The position numbers and the translations under genes were made by a program. Positions 20,047 to 30,001 of a DNA stretch of 56,932 nt are shown in pieces. The notes beneath the pieces are model-generated. The model was given only the letters and a program-made list of their open reading frames with translations. It ran no database searches and was not told where the DNA came from. Position 1 is the first letter of the stretch, and each line of letters starts with the position of its first letter. Source of the stretch: Nitrospirota bacterium (GTDB lineage: Bacteria; Nitrospirota; Thermodesulfovibrionia; Thermodesulfovibrionales; SM23-35); assembly GCA_040753955.1 (NCBI GenBank), contig JBFMDQ010000007.1:2303-59234 (forward strand), read 5' to 3'.

Positions 20047-21606
20047 ATGAAGCTCACAGTATATGATGGTGCTGACACAATAGGCGGGAATAAAATTCTG
20101 ATGGAAGACCAGGGAATTAACATCTTTTTTGACTTTGGCATAAATTTCAATCTTCGTAACAAATACTTTGAAGAGTACTTAGTTCCACGCCCTCGACGAG
20201 GACTACTCGACATGTTTCACATGAGCTTGCTACCTCCTCTACAGGGTATCTATAGGCCAGACTTAGAAATAGAGAGTATTGATATCTGGTCAAGAGTACA
20301 TGTTCCTTATCCCATCCGTAAGATTGAACTCCATGGGGTTATTTTATCCCATGCTCATTTAGACCACAGTGGATATATCTCTTTCCTCCGTCAGGATATT
20401 CCAATAGTATCCAGCCTTTGTACCGCTTACATAGCTAAAGCAATCCAAGACTCATCAAAATCAGACTTTGAGAAGGAGGTATGCTATCTGATTCCTAAAG
20501 TGGAAAGCAATGGTCTGCTTCAGTCAGGTCATTATAAGAAATTCGAAGCGAAACAACGTCCCTTTAAAGTGTGCGATTGGGACCCTTCCGAAGAGGGATG
20601 TAAATTCTGGCGAAACATACCTGGTAGCAGAGACATTATTTCATGTAGTTTAAATAGGGTGGGGACTATTGAGGGCTTACCAATTAAGGCATTCCCGGTA
20701 GATCATTCAATATTCGGCGCCGCAGCTTTTGCCTTGGAAACAAGCCAAGGTTGGGTCGTTTACACCGGAGATCTAAGAATGCACGGCAAACACGGCTTAC
20801 TTACCAGAGCATTTGCAGATGCAGCCAGAGTTCTGAATCCTGTTGCTCTTATATGCGAGGGCACCCATGTTGATATGGATAGTGCTATTGATGAAGCTAC
20901 GGTATATGCTAAGGCTCTTGACGTTGTTCAAAACTGCCACAGTTTAGTGATAGCAGATTTTGGTCCACGTAACCTTGAGCGTCTTTTGACATTCCGGGAA
21001 ATAGCAAAAGACTGCAAACGAAAGCTGGTGGTCACGGCCAAAGACATTTGCCTTTTAGAAGCTGCTTCGTTGGCTTCAGACCTATTCATACCACCTCAGC
21101 AAGACGAAATAATACTTCTGTATAAAGAGCCAAAGCGTCTCGATAAGTGGGAAGAGCAGATATATGTCAGATACAAACACAGATGTGTTGACCCTCAAGA
21201 AGTTAAAAGGAATAGTGCTGATTATATTTTATGTTTCAGCTTCTGGGACATCAACGAGCTAATAGAAATTGACCCTGAACCCGGGACAGTTTATATATAT
21301 TCTTCCAGCGAGGCTTTCGACGAGGAACAAAAGTTAGACATCGTTAGGCTTAGAAACTGGTTAAGCCTGTTCCAGATGCAGTCCATAGGAGTACCGGATG
21401 CTCATACAGGAAAAGTGCCTGACAGAGAGCAAGGATTTCACTCGTCGGGGCATATTGCGGGTCCAGATCTATTAGAACTCATTGAGACAATTGACCCACG
21501 GTTTGTCATCCCAGTTCACACCGAGAACCCAGAGTTTTTTAAAAGAAATATTGATTCAAAGAAGCTGCGTGTTCCGACTAAGGGGAACCCAATTATTTTA
21601 GGATGA
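20047..21606 (+). CDS. Metallo-beta-lactamase / beta-CASP nuclease (RNase J-like)
   Basis: IGGN, DFG, HAHLDH, VDHS, YTGDLRMHG, CEGT, HSSGH, PVHT. Confidence 0.88.
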   Translation: MKLTVYDGADTIGGNKILMEDQGINIFFDFGINFNLRNKYFEEYLVPRPRRGLLDMFHMSLLPPLQGIYRPDLEIESIDIWSRVHVPYPIRKIELHGVILSHAHLDHSGYISFLRQDIPIVSSLCTAYIAKAIQDSSKSDFEKEVCYLIPKVESNGLLQSGHYKKFEAKQRPFKVCDWDPSEEGCKFWRNIPGSRDIISCSLNRVGTIEGLPIKAFPVDHSIFGAAAFALETSQGWVVYTGDLRMHGKHGLLTRAFADAARVLNPVALICEGTHVDMDSAIDEATVYAKALDVVQNCHSLVIADFGPRNLERLLTFREIAKDCKRKLVVTAKDICLLEAASLASDLFIPPQQDEIILLYKEPKRLDKWEEQIYVRYKHRCVDPQEVKRNSADYILCFSFWDINELIEIDPEPGTVYIYSSSEAFDEEQKLDIVRLRNWLSLFQMQSIGVPDAHTGKVPDREQGFHSSGHIAGPDLLELIETIDPRFVIPVHTENPEFFKRNIDSKKLRVPTKGNPIILG

Positions 21607-21702
21607 GGAGAAAGGTGAAAGAAAGACTCCGCAAAACCGACTGGCTCATCGACCAGATTGTATACAGATTGTACGATTTGACCGAAGAAGATATCAAAAT
21701 CA
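21603..21702 (+). pseudogene. Duplicated 3' end of a type IIG R-M gene
   Basis: KERLRKTDWLIDQIVYRLYDLTEEDIKII versus KEKLRKTDWLIDQIVYKLYGLTEEEIKVV; 29 nt identical (21633-21661 = 19771-19799). Confidence 0.9.
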
Positions 21703-21990
21703 TTACTCTATTATCTTTGGCACCCTGTAGAATTTATCTGTACGGTCCGGTGCGTTCATCAGGGCATCGCTCCTCGGGATCGAATACCCTAATGTATCAT
21801 CCCGCATTATATTGCTCAACGGCAGGACATGGGATATTGGTTCAATGTCTTTTGTATCAAGTTCATTTAGCTTTTCCATGTAATCAAGAATACTGCTTAG
21901 CTGTGAGCCAAATAGCTCCTTTTCTTCTTCAGAGAGATATAGCCTTGCCAATGATGCTATATGTTCAATTTCTTCTTTAGATATCCTCAT
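21703..21990 (-). CDS. gatC: Asp/Glu-tRNA amidotransferase subunit C
   Basis: HIA.LARL, IL.Y...L.ELDT, MRDD, NAP, VPKIIE. Confidence 0.96.
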   Translation of the reverse strand: MRISKEEIEHIASLARLYLSEEEKELFGSQLSSILDYMEKLNELDTKDIEPISHVLPLSNIMRDDTLGYSIPRSDALMNAPDRTDKFYRVPKIIE

Positions 21991-22002
21991 TCTCCCATCC
22001 TG

Positions 22003-24114
22003 CTACATCTTTTCCAGATTTGCAAACTTCACTGCAAGCCTCTTCAACCCGATATTCGGAAAGTTGACCGTTACTTTCTGATCGTCTCCGTCTCCGAAAC
22101 AGTCGCGCACCACACCTATGCCCCAGATTGGATGTTTTACCCTGCATCCAGCAGTATACAGGGCGAAAGGGCGTTTGGGTTCAACCCTTCTCTTCACAGG
22201 CGCAGGCTTTATTTTCTGATAGTCTGTTATATTTTCTATCCACTGGCAGCAGTTCTTGGGTATATCTCTCAGGAATCTCGAAGGTTCCTGATCCTGTAAC
22301 TTTGTGTATAATCTCCTCTTACTGGCACCTGTTAGCCAGAGGACATCCTTCGCCCTTGTCATCCCTACATAAAAAAGCCTTCGTTCTTCGGCGATCTCAT
22401 CCTTACCTTCTAAGGCCTTACAGTACGGCAGTACACCTTCCTCAAGTCCTGTAATAAATACAACAGGGAATTCAAGACCCTTTGCGCTATGCAGTGTCAT
22501 GAGGGAAATGTAATCTCCTCCTGTTATTTCGTTCATACTCGTAAACAATGACACCCTATCAAGAAAATCCTTTATCTCCTTACCCTCGGCAGAGGAGATG
22601 AGCTCCTCAACGTTCCTTGCCCTTTCCTCATCCTGGGTTTCTGGGTAACCCGACTTTTCAAATACGCCTTTTAACATCTCTGCTGCAGACCCGTACTTTG
22701 TAGCAGAGAAATCCTCAATCAGCTTGACAAACTCTGTAAGCCTATCTTTTATAGTACGGGAGAAGCTATCACTACGAAGGGTCGCCTTTATCGTATCAAA
22801 GAGAGATATAGATCTTTTCTTTGCCTCATGCTCTATCCTCGAAAGGGTCGCTGCACTTATTCCCCGTGGTGGGCAGTTTATAATCCGCCTGAGGCTTACA
22901 TTATCTCCATGATTTAGCGATAAACGCAAGTATGCTACTACATCCTTGATTTCCTTCGTTTGATAAAAACTGGCATTACCAAGAACGCGGTAAGGGAGAC
23001 CTTCTTCACGCAGTGCATCTTCTAAAGCCCTCGACTGGAGGTTTATACGATAGAATATTGCAAAATCTTTGTAGTCATGTCTCCCTTTCAGATAGAGTTC
23101 CTTTATAACCTTAGCAATGTATTTTGCCTCCTCTTCATATGTATGAAACCAGCAGCAGTATACCTTCTCGCCCCAGCCCTTGTCTGTCCATAACTCCTTG
23201 TGTTTCCTTTCAGAATTTTGTGAAATCACAGCACCTGAAACAATTAGTATACTCTGTGTAGAACGATAGTTCTGTTCCAGCTCCATGAGTTTTGCTTCTG
23301 GGAAGTCATTCTCGAAACTCAAAATGTTATTTACATTAGCGCCCTTAAACCTATATATACTCTGGTCGTCATCCCCAATAACACATATTCTTTTGTGAGC
23401 GGATGTCAGGAGTTTAAGGAAGTAATACTGCGCATAGTTAGTATCCTGAAAATCATCAACGAGTATATAAGAAAACATATTCTGGTATTTTTCCAGAATC
23501 CTTGGATTCTTTTCGAATAGTTTCACCGTCAGCATAATCAAATCGTCAAAATCAAGGGCGTTACTCCTCTTGAGTTCATCCTGATACCTCACATAAACCT
23601 TTGCCAGTTTCTCATCAAAGCCAAAACCATCACTTGAAGAAAGAAACTCTTCTGGCCCTGTGAGGGAAGACTTTAGAGAGCTTATCCTTGTTGCAACACC
23701 CTTATAAAGGGCCTCATGAATCTTGAATTCCTTTAATATATGTCTCACAAGGCTATATTGATCATCCTCATCATAAATGGAAAAATTATTATTGTATCCA
23801 GGGATCTTTATCTCCCTTCGTAGTATTCTGTTACACTGTGAATGAAATGTGCCTATCCAGGAGGTATTGATATCTTTCTCGAGGAGACTATATATCCTCT
23901 CCTTCATCTCATCAGATGCTTTGTTAGTAAATGTAACTGTGAATATCGAATCTGGGGAAAGTCTCTCCGCCTTTACAAGGTATGAGAACTTATGAGCTAT
24001 AACCTTCGTCTTACCACTTCCTGCACCCGCTAATATGAGTAAGGGACCTTCTGTACAGACGATGGCCTTTCTCTGCTGTGGATTTAAATCACGCATCAGG
24101 ACGTCTTTTGACAT
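22003..24114 (-). CDS. UvrD/PcrA-family SF1 helicase
   Basis: AGAGSGKT, TFTNKA, GDDDQSIYRF, LEQNYRS, TLHSAKGLEF, EERRLFYVGMTRA, C-terminal Tudor-like domain. Confidence 0.93.
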   Translation of the reverse strand: MSKDVLMRDLNPQQRKAIVCTEGPLLILAGAGSGKTKVIAHKFSYLVKAERLSPDSIFTVTFTNKASDEMKERIYSLLEKDINTSWIGTFHSQCNRILRREIKIPGYNNNFSIYDEDDQYSLVRHILKEFKIHEALYKGVATRISSLKSSLTGPEEFLSSSDGFGFDEKLAKVYVRYQDELKRSNALDFDDLIMLTVKLFEKNPRILEKYQNMFSYILVDDFQDTNYAQYYFLKLLTSAHKRICVIGDDDQSIYRFKGANVNNILSFENDFPEAKLMELEQNYRSTQSILIVSGAVISQNSERKHKELWTDKGWGEKVYCCWFHTYEEEAKYIAKVIKELYLKGRHDYKDFAIFYRINLQSRALEDALREEGLPYRVLGNASFYQTKEIKDVVAYLRLSLNHGDNVSLRRIINCPPRGISAATLSRIEHEAKKRSISLFDTIKATLRSDSFSRTIKDRLTEFVKLIEDFSATKYGSAAEMLKGVFEKSGYPETQDEERARNVEELISSAEGKEIKDFLDRVSLFTSMNEITGGDYISLMTLHSAKGLEFPVVFITGLEEGVLPYCKALEGKDEIAEERRLFYVGMTRAKDVLWLTGASKRRLYTKLQDQEPSRFLRDIPKNCCQWIENITDYQKIKPAPVKRRVEPKRPFALYTAGCRVKHPIWGIGVVRDCFGDGDDQKVTVNFPNIGLKRLAVKFANLEKM

Positions 24115-24161
24115 ATTATTTTAAAATTAACAGATATTTATCATTAAAATCTACAGCACCA

Positions 24162-25988
24162 CTATTCAACGGTAACACTCTTGGCAAGATTCCTCGGCTG
24201 GTCGACATCGCACCCCCTTAAAACACCGACATAATAAGCAAGGAGTTGTACGGCAATAGCCATTAATACAGGTGTAAGATATGAATTCGTATTTGGTACA
24301 AGGATACATTTATCTGAAGTCCTGAAAACCTCACTATCAGAATTATTCGTGATTGATATTACCCTTCCCCCCCTGCTCTTTACTTCCTGGATGTTAGAGA
24401 TTATCTTCTTATGCAGGTTATCCATGGGTGCAAGGACAATAACCGGGAGCTCTTCGTCTATCAATGCTATCGGGCCGTGCTTCATCTCACCGGCAGGATA
24501 GCCCTCTGCATGTATGTATGATATTTCCTTAAGTTTCAATGCACCCTCAAGGGCAATGGGATAATTTATACCCCTTCCAAGGTAAAGAAACCCTCTCGCC
24601 TTAAAAAAACCCTCTGCTATCCTTCTTATGTCTTCATCTATAGCTAATGCCTTCTCTACCTTCCCGGGGAGCATCAGAAGCTCCTTTAATAACTCCCTTG
24701 AAAGGTTCTCCGAGATTACACCTTTTGTCTTTCCCAGACCAATTGCAAAAAGGTAAAGCGCTACAATCTGAGCTGTGAACGCCTTTGTCGAGGCAACCCC
24801 TATCTCAGGCCCCGAATGGGTATAAAATACAGCATCGGCCTCCCTCGAAGATGTACTCCCGACAACATTACATATGCTCAATATCCTTGCACCAAGCCTT
24901 TTTGCCTCCCTCTGGGCAGCAAGTGTATCAGCCGTCTCTCCAGACTGGGTTATAGCTATCATAAGGTCACCAGGTTTCACAAGAGGTCTCCTGTAGCGAA
25001 ACTCTGAAGCGATATCAACCTCGGTGGGGGTCCTTGCAAGCTCTTCTATCATATATTTGCCTGTAAGGGCCGCATGATAGGAGGTGCCACAGGCCACAAT
25101 AAAAATCTTCTTGACCTTCTTCAACTCATCAATACCAAACCCGAATTCATCGAAATTCACAGCTCCCCTTTCAGGATAAAGCCTGCCTCTCAATGTATCT
25201 CCTATCGCCCTTGGCTGTTCATATATCTCTTTAAGCATAAAATGCCTGTAACCGCCCTTCTCTGCCATCGAAAGGCTCCATGGCACAGACTTCACATCCT
25301 TCTGGGCAGGGGTATTATCAGGTTCAGTAATCACGAGGCCTTTGCATGTCAGGACAGCCATCTCCCCATCATCAAGAAATATTACATTTCTCGAATAATT
25401 CAGGAATGCCGGCACATCTGACGCAAGGAAGAACTCTCCTTCACCTAACCCGATAACGAGGGGGCTATCCTTCCTCGCACCCACGATCTTAGCAGGCTCG
25501 TCCTCCTTAACAATAACGAGGGCATAGGAACCCTTAACTTCCTTCAAGGCCTCTCTTACAGCCTGTTCGAAAGGATATCTCTTCGTATACTCCTCGACGA
25601 GATGGCAGAGGACTTCTGTGTCAGTCTCTGACTTAAACTCATATCCCTTTTTAATCATCCTCTCCTTAAGGTCAAGGTAATTCTCTATTATTCCGTTATG
25701 CACTAAAACAATACTATTTGACCTGTGCGGGTGGGCATTTTCTTCTGAAGGTCTCCCATGAGTAGCCCATCTCGTATGCCCTATCGCAGTACTACTGGAT
25801 GGGTTTTCGGATTCAAGCATAGAGGCCAACTCTCTTATTTTACCCGTACACCTTCTAATCTCGATGCCCTTATCAGAGAAAAAGGCGATCCCTGCAGAAT
25901 CATATCCCCTGTATTCAAGACGCTTCAGGCCTTCGAGTATCACTGAGACCGCATTTCTTTTACCTATATATCCAATTATCCCGCACAT
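24162..25988 (-). CDS. glmS: Glutamine-fructose-6-phosphate transaminase
   Basis: MCGI, LEYRGYDSAG, GHTRWATHG, PRNLAKSVTVE. Confidence 0.98.
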   Translation of the reverse strand: MCGIIGYIGKRNAVSVILEGLKRLEYRGYDSAGIAFFSDKGIEIRRCTGKIRELASMLESENPSSSTAIGHTRWATHGRPSEENAHPHRSNSIVLVHNGIIENYLDLKERMIKKGYEFKSETDTEVLCHLVEEYTKRYPFEQAVREALKEVKGSYALVIVKEDEPAKIVGARKDSPLVIGLGEGEFFLASDVPAFLNYSRNVIFLDDGEMAVLTCKGLVITEPDNTPAQKDVKSVPWSLSMAEKGGYRHFMLKEIYEQPRAIGDTLRGRLYPERGAVNFDEFGFGIDELKKVKKIFIVACGTSYHAALTGKYMIEELARTPTEVDIASEFRYRRPLVKPGDLMIAITQSGETADTLAAQREAKRLGARILSICNVVGSTSSREADAVFYTHSGPEIGVASTKAFTAQIVALYLFAIGLGKTKGVISENLSRELLKELLMLPGKVEKALAIDEDIRRIAEGFFKARGFLYLGRGINYPIALEGALKLKEISYIHAEGYPAGEMKHGPIALIDEELPVIVLAPMDNLHKKIISNIQEVKSRGGRVISITNNSDSEVFRTSDKCILVPNTNSYLTPVLMAIAVQLLAYYVGVLRGCDVDQPRNLAKSVTVE

Positions 25989-25996
25989 TTTACAAC

Positions 25997-26099
25997 AGTT
26001 ATAAGTTATGAGTTATGAGTGGAGAGTTTAATACAAAATGCATTTTATTTATTCTTTCCTTTTTTAACTTTTAACTTTAAACTTCTCACTTTTAACTTT
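25997..26099. repeat. Empty inverted 7-nt repeat element at the glmU-glmS junction
   Basis: AGTTATA AGTTATG AGTTATG AGTGGAG AGTTTAA ... TTTAACT TTTAACT TTAAACT TCTCACT TTTAACT. Confidence 0.8.
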
Positions 26100-27487
26100 C
26101 TTTTAAGTGCCCAATCTTCGATATGCCTCTGTTGTACCCTACTCAAGGCAAGGGCCATGGAAGGGACATTTTTTGTTATAGTAGAACCTGCACCAATGTA
26201 TGCGCCCTCACCTATTTTTACAGGCGCAACAAACTGGGAATCACTTCCTACAAAAACGTTGTCTTCGATAACTGTAATATGCTTTTTGTAACCATCATAG
26301 TTACAGGTTATTGTACCTGCACCTATGTTAACATTATTCCCTATCTTTGAATCTCCAAGATAAGTAAGATGGCCTGCCTTTGTACCGGAGCCTACTACTG
26401 ATTTTTTAACCTCAACAAAATTACCTATCTTTGCACCTTTCCCAATCTCAGAACCCGGCCTTATGTGAGTGAAGGGTCCCACAGAGGCCCTATTCTTTAC
26501 AACAGACCCCTCGATAAGAGTCGAATCTTTGATAACGACCCCATCACCTATGATGCTGTTATGAATCCGAACATTTGGATATATTGTGCACCCCCTTCCA
26601 ACTTTTGTGTTACCCTCGAGATGAACATTTGGATAGATGAGCGTATCTTTACCTATCTCAACATCTGGAGATATAAATACTGAAACGGTATCCATGAAAC
26701 TCACGCCTCTGTCCATCCATCTTTTAATGATCCTGTCTTTCATTAACTGCCGGACCCTCTCAAGCTCCTCCTGAGTATTCACCCCCATCAACTCATCCTC
26801 GGAGCCGGTGCAACAAGCATTTACCTTTATCCCCTTATTCCTTGCAATACTAATCATGTCGGTCAAGTAATATTCACCTTTTGATTCATTTAGCTTTATC
26901 TCTTTTAGAATGGGAAGGGCCTCAGACTCAATAGCATATATTCCGCTGTTGACTTCCTTTATATTCTTCTGTAGATCCGTGGCATCCCTATCCTCAACAA
27001 TGGATGTTATATTACCTGCCTCACCTCTTATAATCCTGCCATATGAACCTGGCTCTTTAGCCATAAACGAGAGTATTGAAATAACATTACCTTTCTTCTT
27101 ATGGAGGGTTAAAAATTTCTTGAGGGTCTCTCGAGTAATAAGGGGAATATCTCCATTGATAACAATAACTGTTCCTTTAAATCCTTTGAGAGCTGGCCAT
27201 GCCTTCAGGAGTGCATCTCCTGTGCCTTTTGCCTCCTTCTGCTGTGCAAAAGAGATTGAACTATCACCCTTTATAGATTCCCTTATTTCCTTAAAATGTT
27301 TTCCTGCTACAACAACAATCTTTTGCGGTTTAAGTCCATAAAGGGTATTTAAGACATACTGAAGCATTGGGGTGCCATGAATTTTGTGGAGAACCTTTGG
27401 TAAAGATGAATTCATCCTCTTTCCAAGCCCTGCAGCCAGGATGACACCTGCTAACTTCAGAACGTTGCTATTAGCTACGTTCTTCAC
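26045..27487 (-). CDS. glmU: Bifunctional UDP-GlcNAc pyrophosphorylase / acetyltransferase
   Basis: LAAG.GKRM.S..PKVLH, GEYYLTD, hexapeptide repeats, CNYDG. Confidence 0.97.
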   Translation of the reverse strand: MKNVANSNVLKLAGVILAAGLGKRMNSSLPKVLHKIHGTPMLQYVLNTLYGLKPQKIVVVAGKHFKEIRESIKGDSSISFAQQKEAKGTGDALLKAWPALKGFKGTVIVINGDIPLITRETLKKFLTLHKKKGNVISILSFMAKEPGSYGRIIRGEAGNITSIVEDRDATDLQKNIKEVNSGIYAIESEALPILKEIKLNESKGEYYLTDMISIARNKGIKVNACCTGSEDELMGVNTQEELERVRQLMKDRIIKRWMDRGVSFMDTVSVFISPDVEIGKDTLIYPNVHLEGNTKVGRGCTIYPNVRIHNSIIGDGVVIKDSTLIEGSVVKNRASVGPFTHIRPGSEIGKGAKIGNFVEVKKSVVGSGTKAGHLTYLGDSKIGNNVNIGAGTITCNYDGYKKHITVIEDNVFVGSDSQFVAPVKIGEGAYIGAGSTITKNVPSMALALSRVQQRHIEDWALKRKLKVRSLKLKVKKGKNK

Positions 27488-28116
27488 TATTTCGCCTCAG
27501 AAATCCTCTCAGGTGTCACAATACCAGCCGAGAGTATGATCTTAATCCCCTCTTCTATTGGAATGCTGGTGTAGAATATATTTTCATCTCTGAAGAGTGC
27601 TATTTCACCAAAGTAGATGAGGTTTGTAGGGATATAAACAGCCTTTAGACAGGATTCGTGACCATCTCTCTCTTTTGTGATAACACATTCCTTTGTAAGA
27701 AATCCGAATGCAAAAACACCGGGTCTCGGGTACTCAACAACAACGAACTTCTTAAATGACGAAACCTTACTCTCAGGTGAGAAGGCATCAACAAGCTGTT
27801 TAATAGCGGTGTATATACCCTTGAATACAGGTATCTTGAGCATGATCTTATCAAAAATTTTTATGACCCTTCTCCCGAAGACATTCGTGGAGATAACACC
27901 CACGATGAATATAAGTACCATTGCTGAGATGAAGCCAAGACCAGGGATATGGTAGCCAAGAATCCTGTAGTACAAGGGCTCAAGAAGGCCATCAACAAAG
28001 TTGAAAAACCACCCTATTATGAAGAGGGTAACAATAATAGGGATCAGTACCAGAAGTCCTGCAAAAAACCTTCTCTTGAAGGTGGCACGGATGGAAGTGG
28101 CCATATCACCTGCCAA
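27487..28116 (-). CDS. DUF502-family membrane protein
   Basis: F.AGLLV..P..VT, IP....IY...KQ, VEYPR, YIPT. Confidence 0.85.
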   Translation of the reverse strand: MAGDMATSIRATFKRRFFAGLLVLIPIIVTLFIIGWFFNFVDGLLEPLYYRILGYHIPGLGFISAMVLIFIVGVISTNVFGRRVIKIFDKIMLKIPVFKGIYTAIKQLVDAFSPESKVSSFKKFVVVEYPRPGVFAFGFLTKECVITKERDGHESCLKAVYIPTNLIYFGEIALFRDENIFYTSIPIEEGIKIILSAGIVTPERISEAK

Positions 28117-28861
28117 CCTTAGCCATCACCTCATCAGGAATATCAAAATTAGTATAAACATTCTGGACATCATCATGCTCCTCGAGTGCCTCCACCAGCC
28201 TGATCATCTGCTCTGCGGACCTTCCATCGAGGCCAACATAACTCTTTGGTAGCATCGTTATCTCTGCGAGGGATACAGGAATCCCCTCTGCCTCTAAAGA
28301 AGCCTTCACCTTATTCATATCTTCAGGGGCTGTAATAATCTCATAGTTTTCTTCTTTAGGGTCATTCTTCATGTCCTCAGCACCTGCCTCAAGGGCAACT
28401 GTTATCAGGGAATCTTCGTCGATTTTTGTCTTTTCAACAAGGATGTATCCCTTCTTCTCAAACATCCAGACAACACAACCTGCCTCACCCAGGTTTCCGG
28501 CATTTTTTGTCATAATATGTCTTATCTCAGAAACCGCTCTGTTTCTGTTGTCTGTAAGCACTTCTAAAAGTATAGCGGCACCACCAGGACCATACCCCTC
28601 ATATACAGACTCCTCATAGGCCACGCCAGGAAGCTCGCCTGTCCCTTTCATGATCGCTCTCTTTATATTCTCATGGGGCATGTTTACCTCCTTTGCCTTC
28701 TCTATTGCAGCCCTGAGCCTCGGATTTCCATCAGGGTCTCCACCCCCGAGCCTTGCAGCAACAGCTATCTCTTTAACAATCTTGGAAAAGATTTTTCCTT
28801 TCCTTGCATCAACAAAGGCCTTTTTGTGTTTTACCTGTGCCCATTTAGAATGCCCTGACAT
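28106..28861 (-). CDS. yebC: YebC/PmpR family protein
   Basis: [32 protein letters not shown]. Confidence 0.95.
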   Translation of the reverse strand: MSGHSKWAQVKHKKAFVDARKGKIFSKIVKEIAVAARLGGGDPDGNPRLRAAIEKAKEVNMPHENIKRAIMKGTGELPGVAYEESVYEGYGPGGAAILLEVLTDNRNRAVSEIRHIMTKNAGNLGEAGCVVWMFEKKGYILVEKTKIDEDSLITVALEAGAEDMKNDPKEENYEIITAPEDMNKVKASLEAEGIPVSLAEITMLPKSYVGLDGRSAEQMIRLVEALEEHDDVQNVYTNFDIPDEVMAKVGR

Positions 28862-28878
28862 GATTATTTCTCCAAATT

Positions 28879-28990
28879 AAATAACCAATAATCAATAACC
28901 AAACATCAAATAAGCTCCAATTACTAATAACCAGACAAATGTCTGCTTATTGTAATTTGGTCATTGGATATCATTTGGTTATTGGTAATT
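28879..28990. repeat. Empty inverted 7-nt repeat element (ATAACCA/TGGTTAT) in the yebC leader
   Basis: ATAACCA-type units followed by TTGGTTA-type units; near-identical left arm at 46466. Confidence 0.85.
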
Positions 28991-29092
28991 TCCCTCGTTA
29001 GTCAAGAGCCAATTTTATGATAATTGTATAATAATTACACTGTCAAGCCTCAATACCATATTCTTTAATCTCTATGAGCAAGGAGATGTTTT

Positions 29093-29887
29093 CTACATCC
29101 TCGCATCTTTAAGGGCATCCTTACAGGCACATCTTCTTTCGCTGGGTATAAGTTTAAAGGCCTCCTTCAACAGGTTCACCACCTTTCCAGTAGTCCCCCC
29201 CATCATCTCCATAACCTCTGTTGTTGTTAGCCTTTTTTCCGTAATCCCTGCAGCATAATTTGTAACAACTGCAATACCGGCAAAACAAAGCTCCGCTTCC
29301 CTTGCCAGAGATGCCTCGGGCATCGCTGTCAGCCCCACAATATTAATGCCCATGTTCAAAAAAATTTTTATCTCTGCCTTGGTCTCTAACCTCGGTCCAT
29401 TCATACATATATACGTTCCTGATTTCCTTAACTCTACCCCTAACTTTTCGCCTGCTCTAAAAATAGATTCCCTCAACTCAGGACAATATGGCTCTGTAAA
29501 GTCTATATGTACAACTTCGTCACCATCATAGAATGTAGATTCCCTGCCCTTCGTCATATCTACAACCTGATCTGGAACAGTGATCATTCCTGGTTTCATT
29601 TCAGGCCCTATGCCCCCAACAGCACCAATGGATATAATCCTTTCTACGCCGAGTTCTTTGAACCCCCATATGTTTGCCCTATAGTTTATTTTATGGGGGG
29701 GTATATGATGTGGTGAGCCGTGTCTTGGAAGAAATACGACCTCTACACCTGATAACTCTCCTACACGGTAGATATCTGAGGGGTCTCCAAAGGGAGTTGT
29801 GATCTTTTTGTATTCTGTGATAGTCAGGCCCGGTATATCATATAGACCACTTCCCCCGATAACCCCTATCTTTGGCATGTTATTCAC
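29093..29887 (-). CDS. mtnP: S-methyl-5'-thioadenosine phosphorylase
   Basis: IGGSGLY, TPFG.PS, RHG..H, NYRANI, GPR.ET.AE. Confidence 0.9.
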   Translation of the reverse strand: MNNMPKIGVIGGSGLYDIPGLTITEYKKITTPFGDPSDIYRVGELSGVEVVFLPRHGSPHHIPPHKINYRANIWGFKELGVERIISIGAVGGIGPEMKPGMITVPDQVVDMTKGRESTFYDGDEVVHIDFTEPYCPELRESIFRAGEKLGVELRKSGTYICMNGPRLETKAEIKIFLNMGINIVGLTAMPEASLAREAELCFAGIAVVTNYAAGITEKRLTTTEVMEMMGGTTGKVVNLLKEAFKLIPSERRCACKDALKDARM

Positions 29888-30001
29888 TTCGAATCTTATC
29901 GCATCCCTTCACTCTTAAGTTACAGTGAATTACTTATAGATAATAGCAGATTATGAGAAATAGTAACAGCTAAACCTCTGCCACATCTGATATAATTTTC
30001 T

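Noticed and set aside
21603-21980. 125-aa ORF as a real gene
   Set aside because: Only the first ~33 codons are meaningful (R-M tail); the rest is antisense to gatC.
25989-26044. glmS ribozyme
   Set aside because: The intergenic region is only 56 nt and consists of heptamer repeats.
28879-28990. CRISPR array
   Set aside because: Units are 7-9 nt without spacers, arranged as inverted arms, and there are no cas genes.
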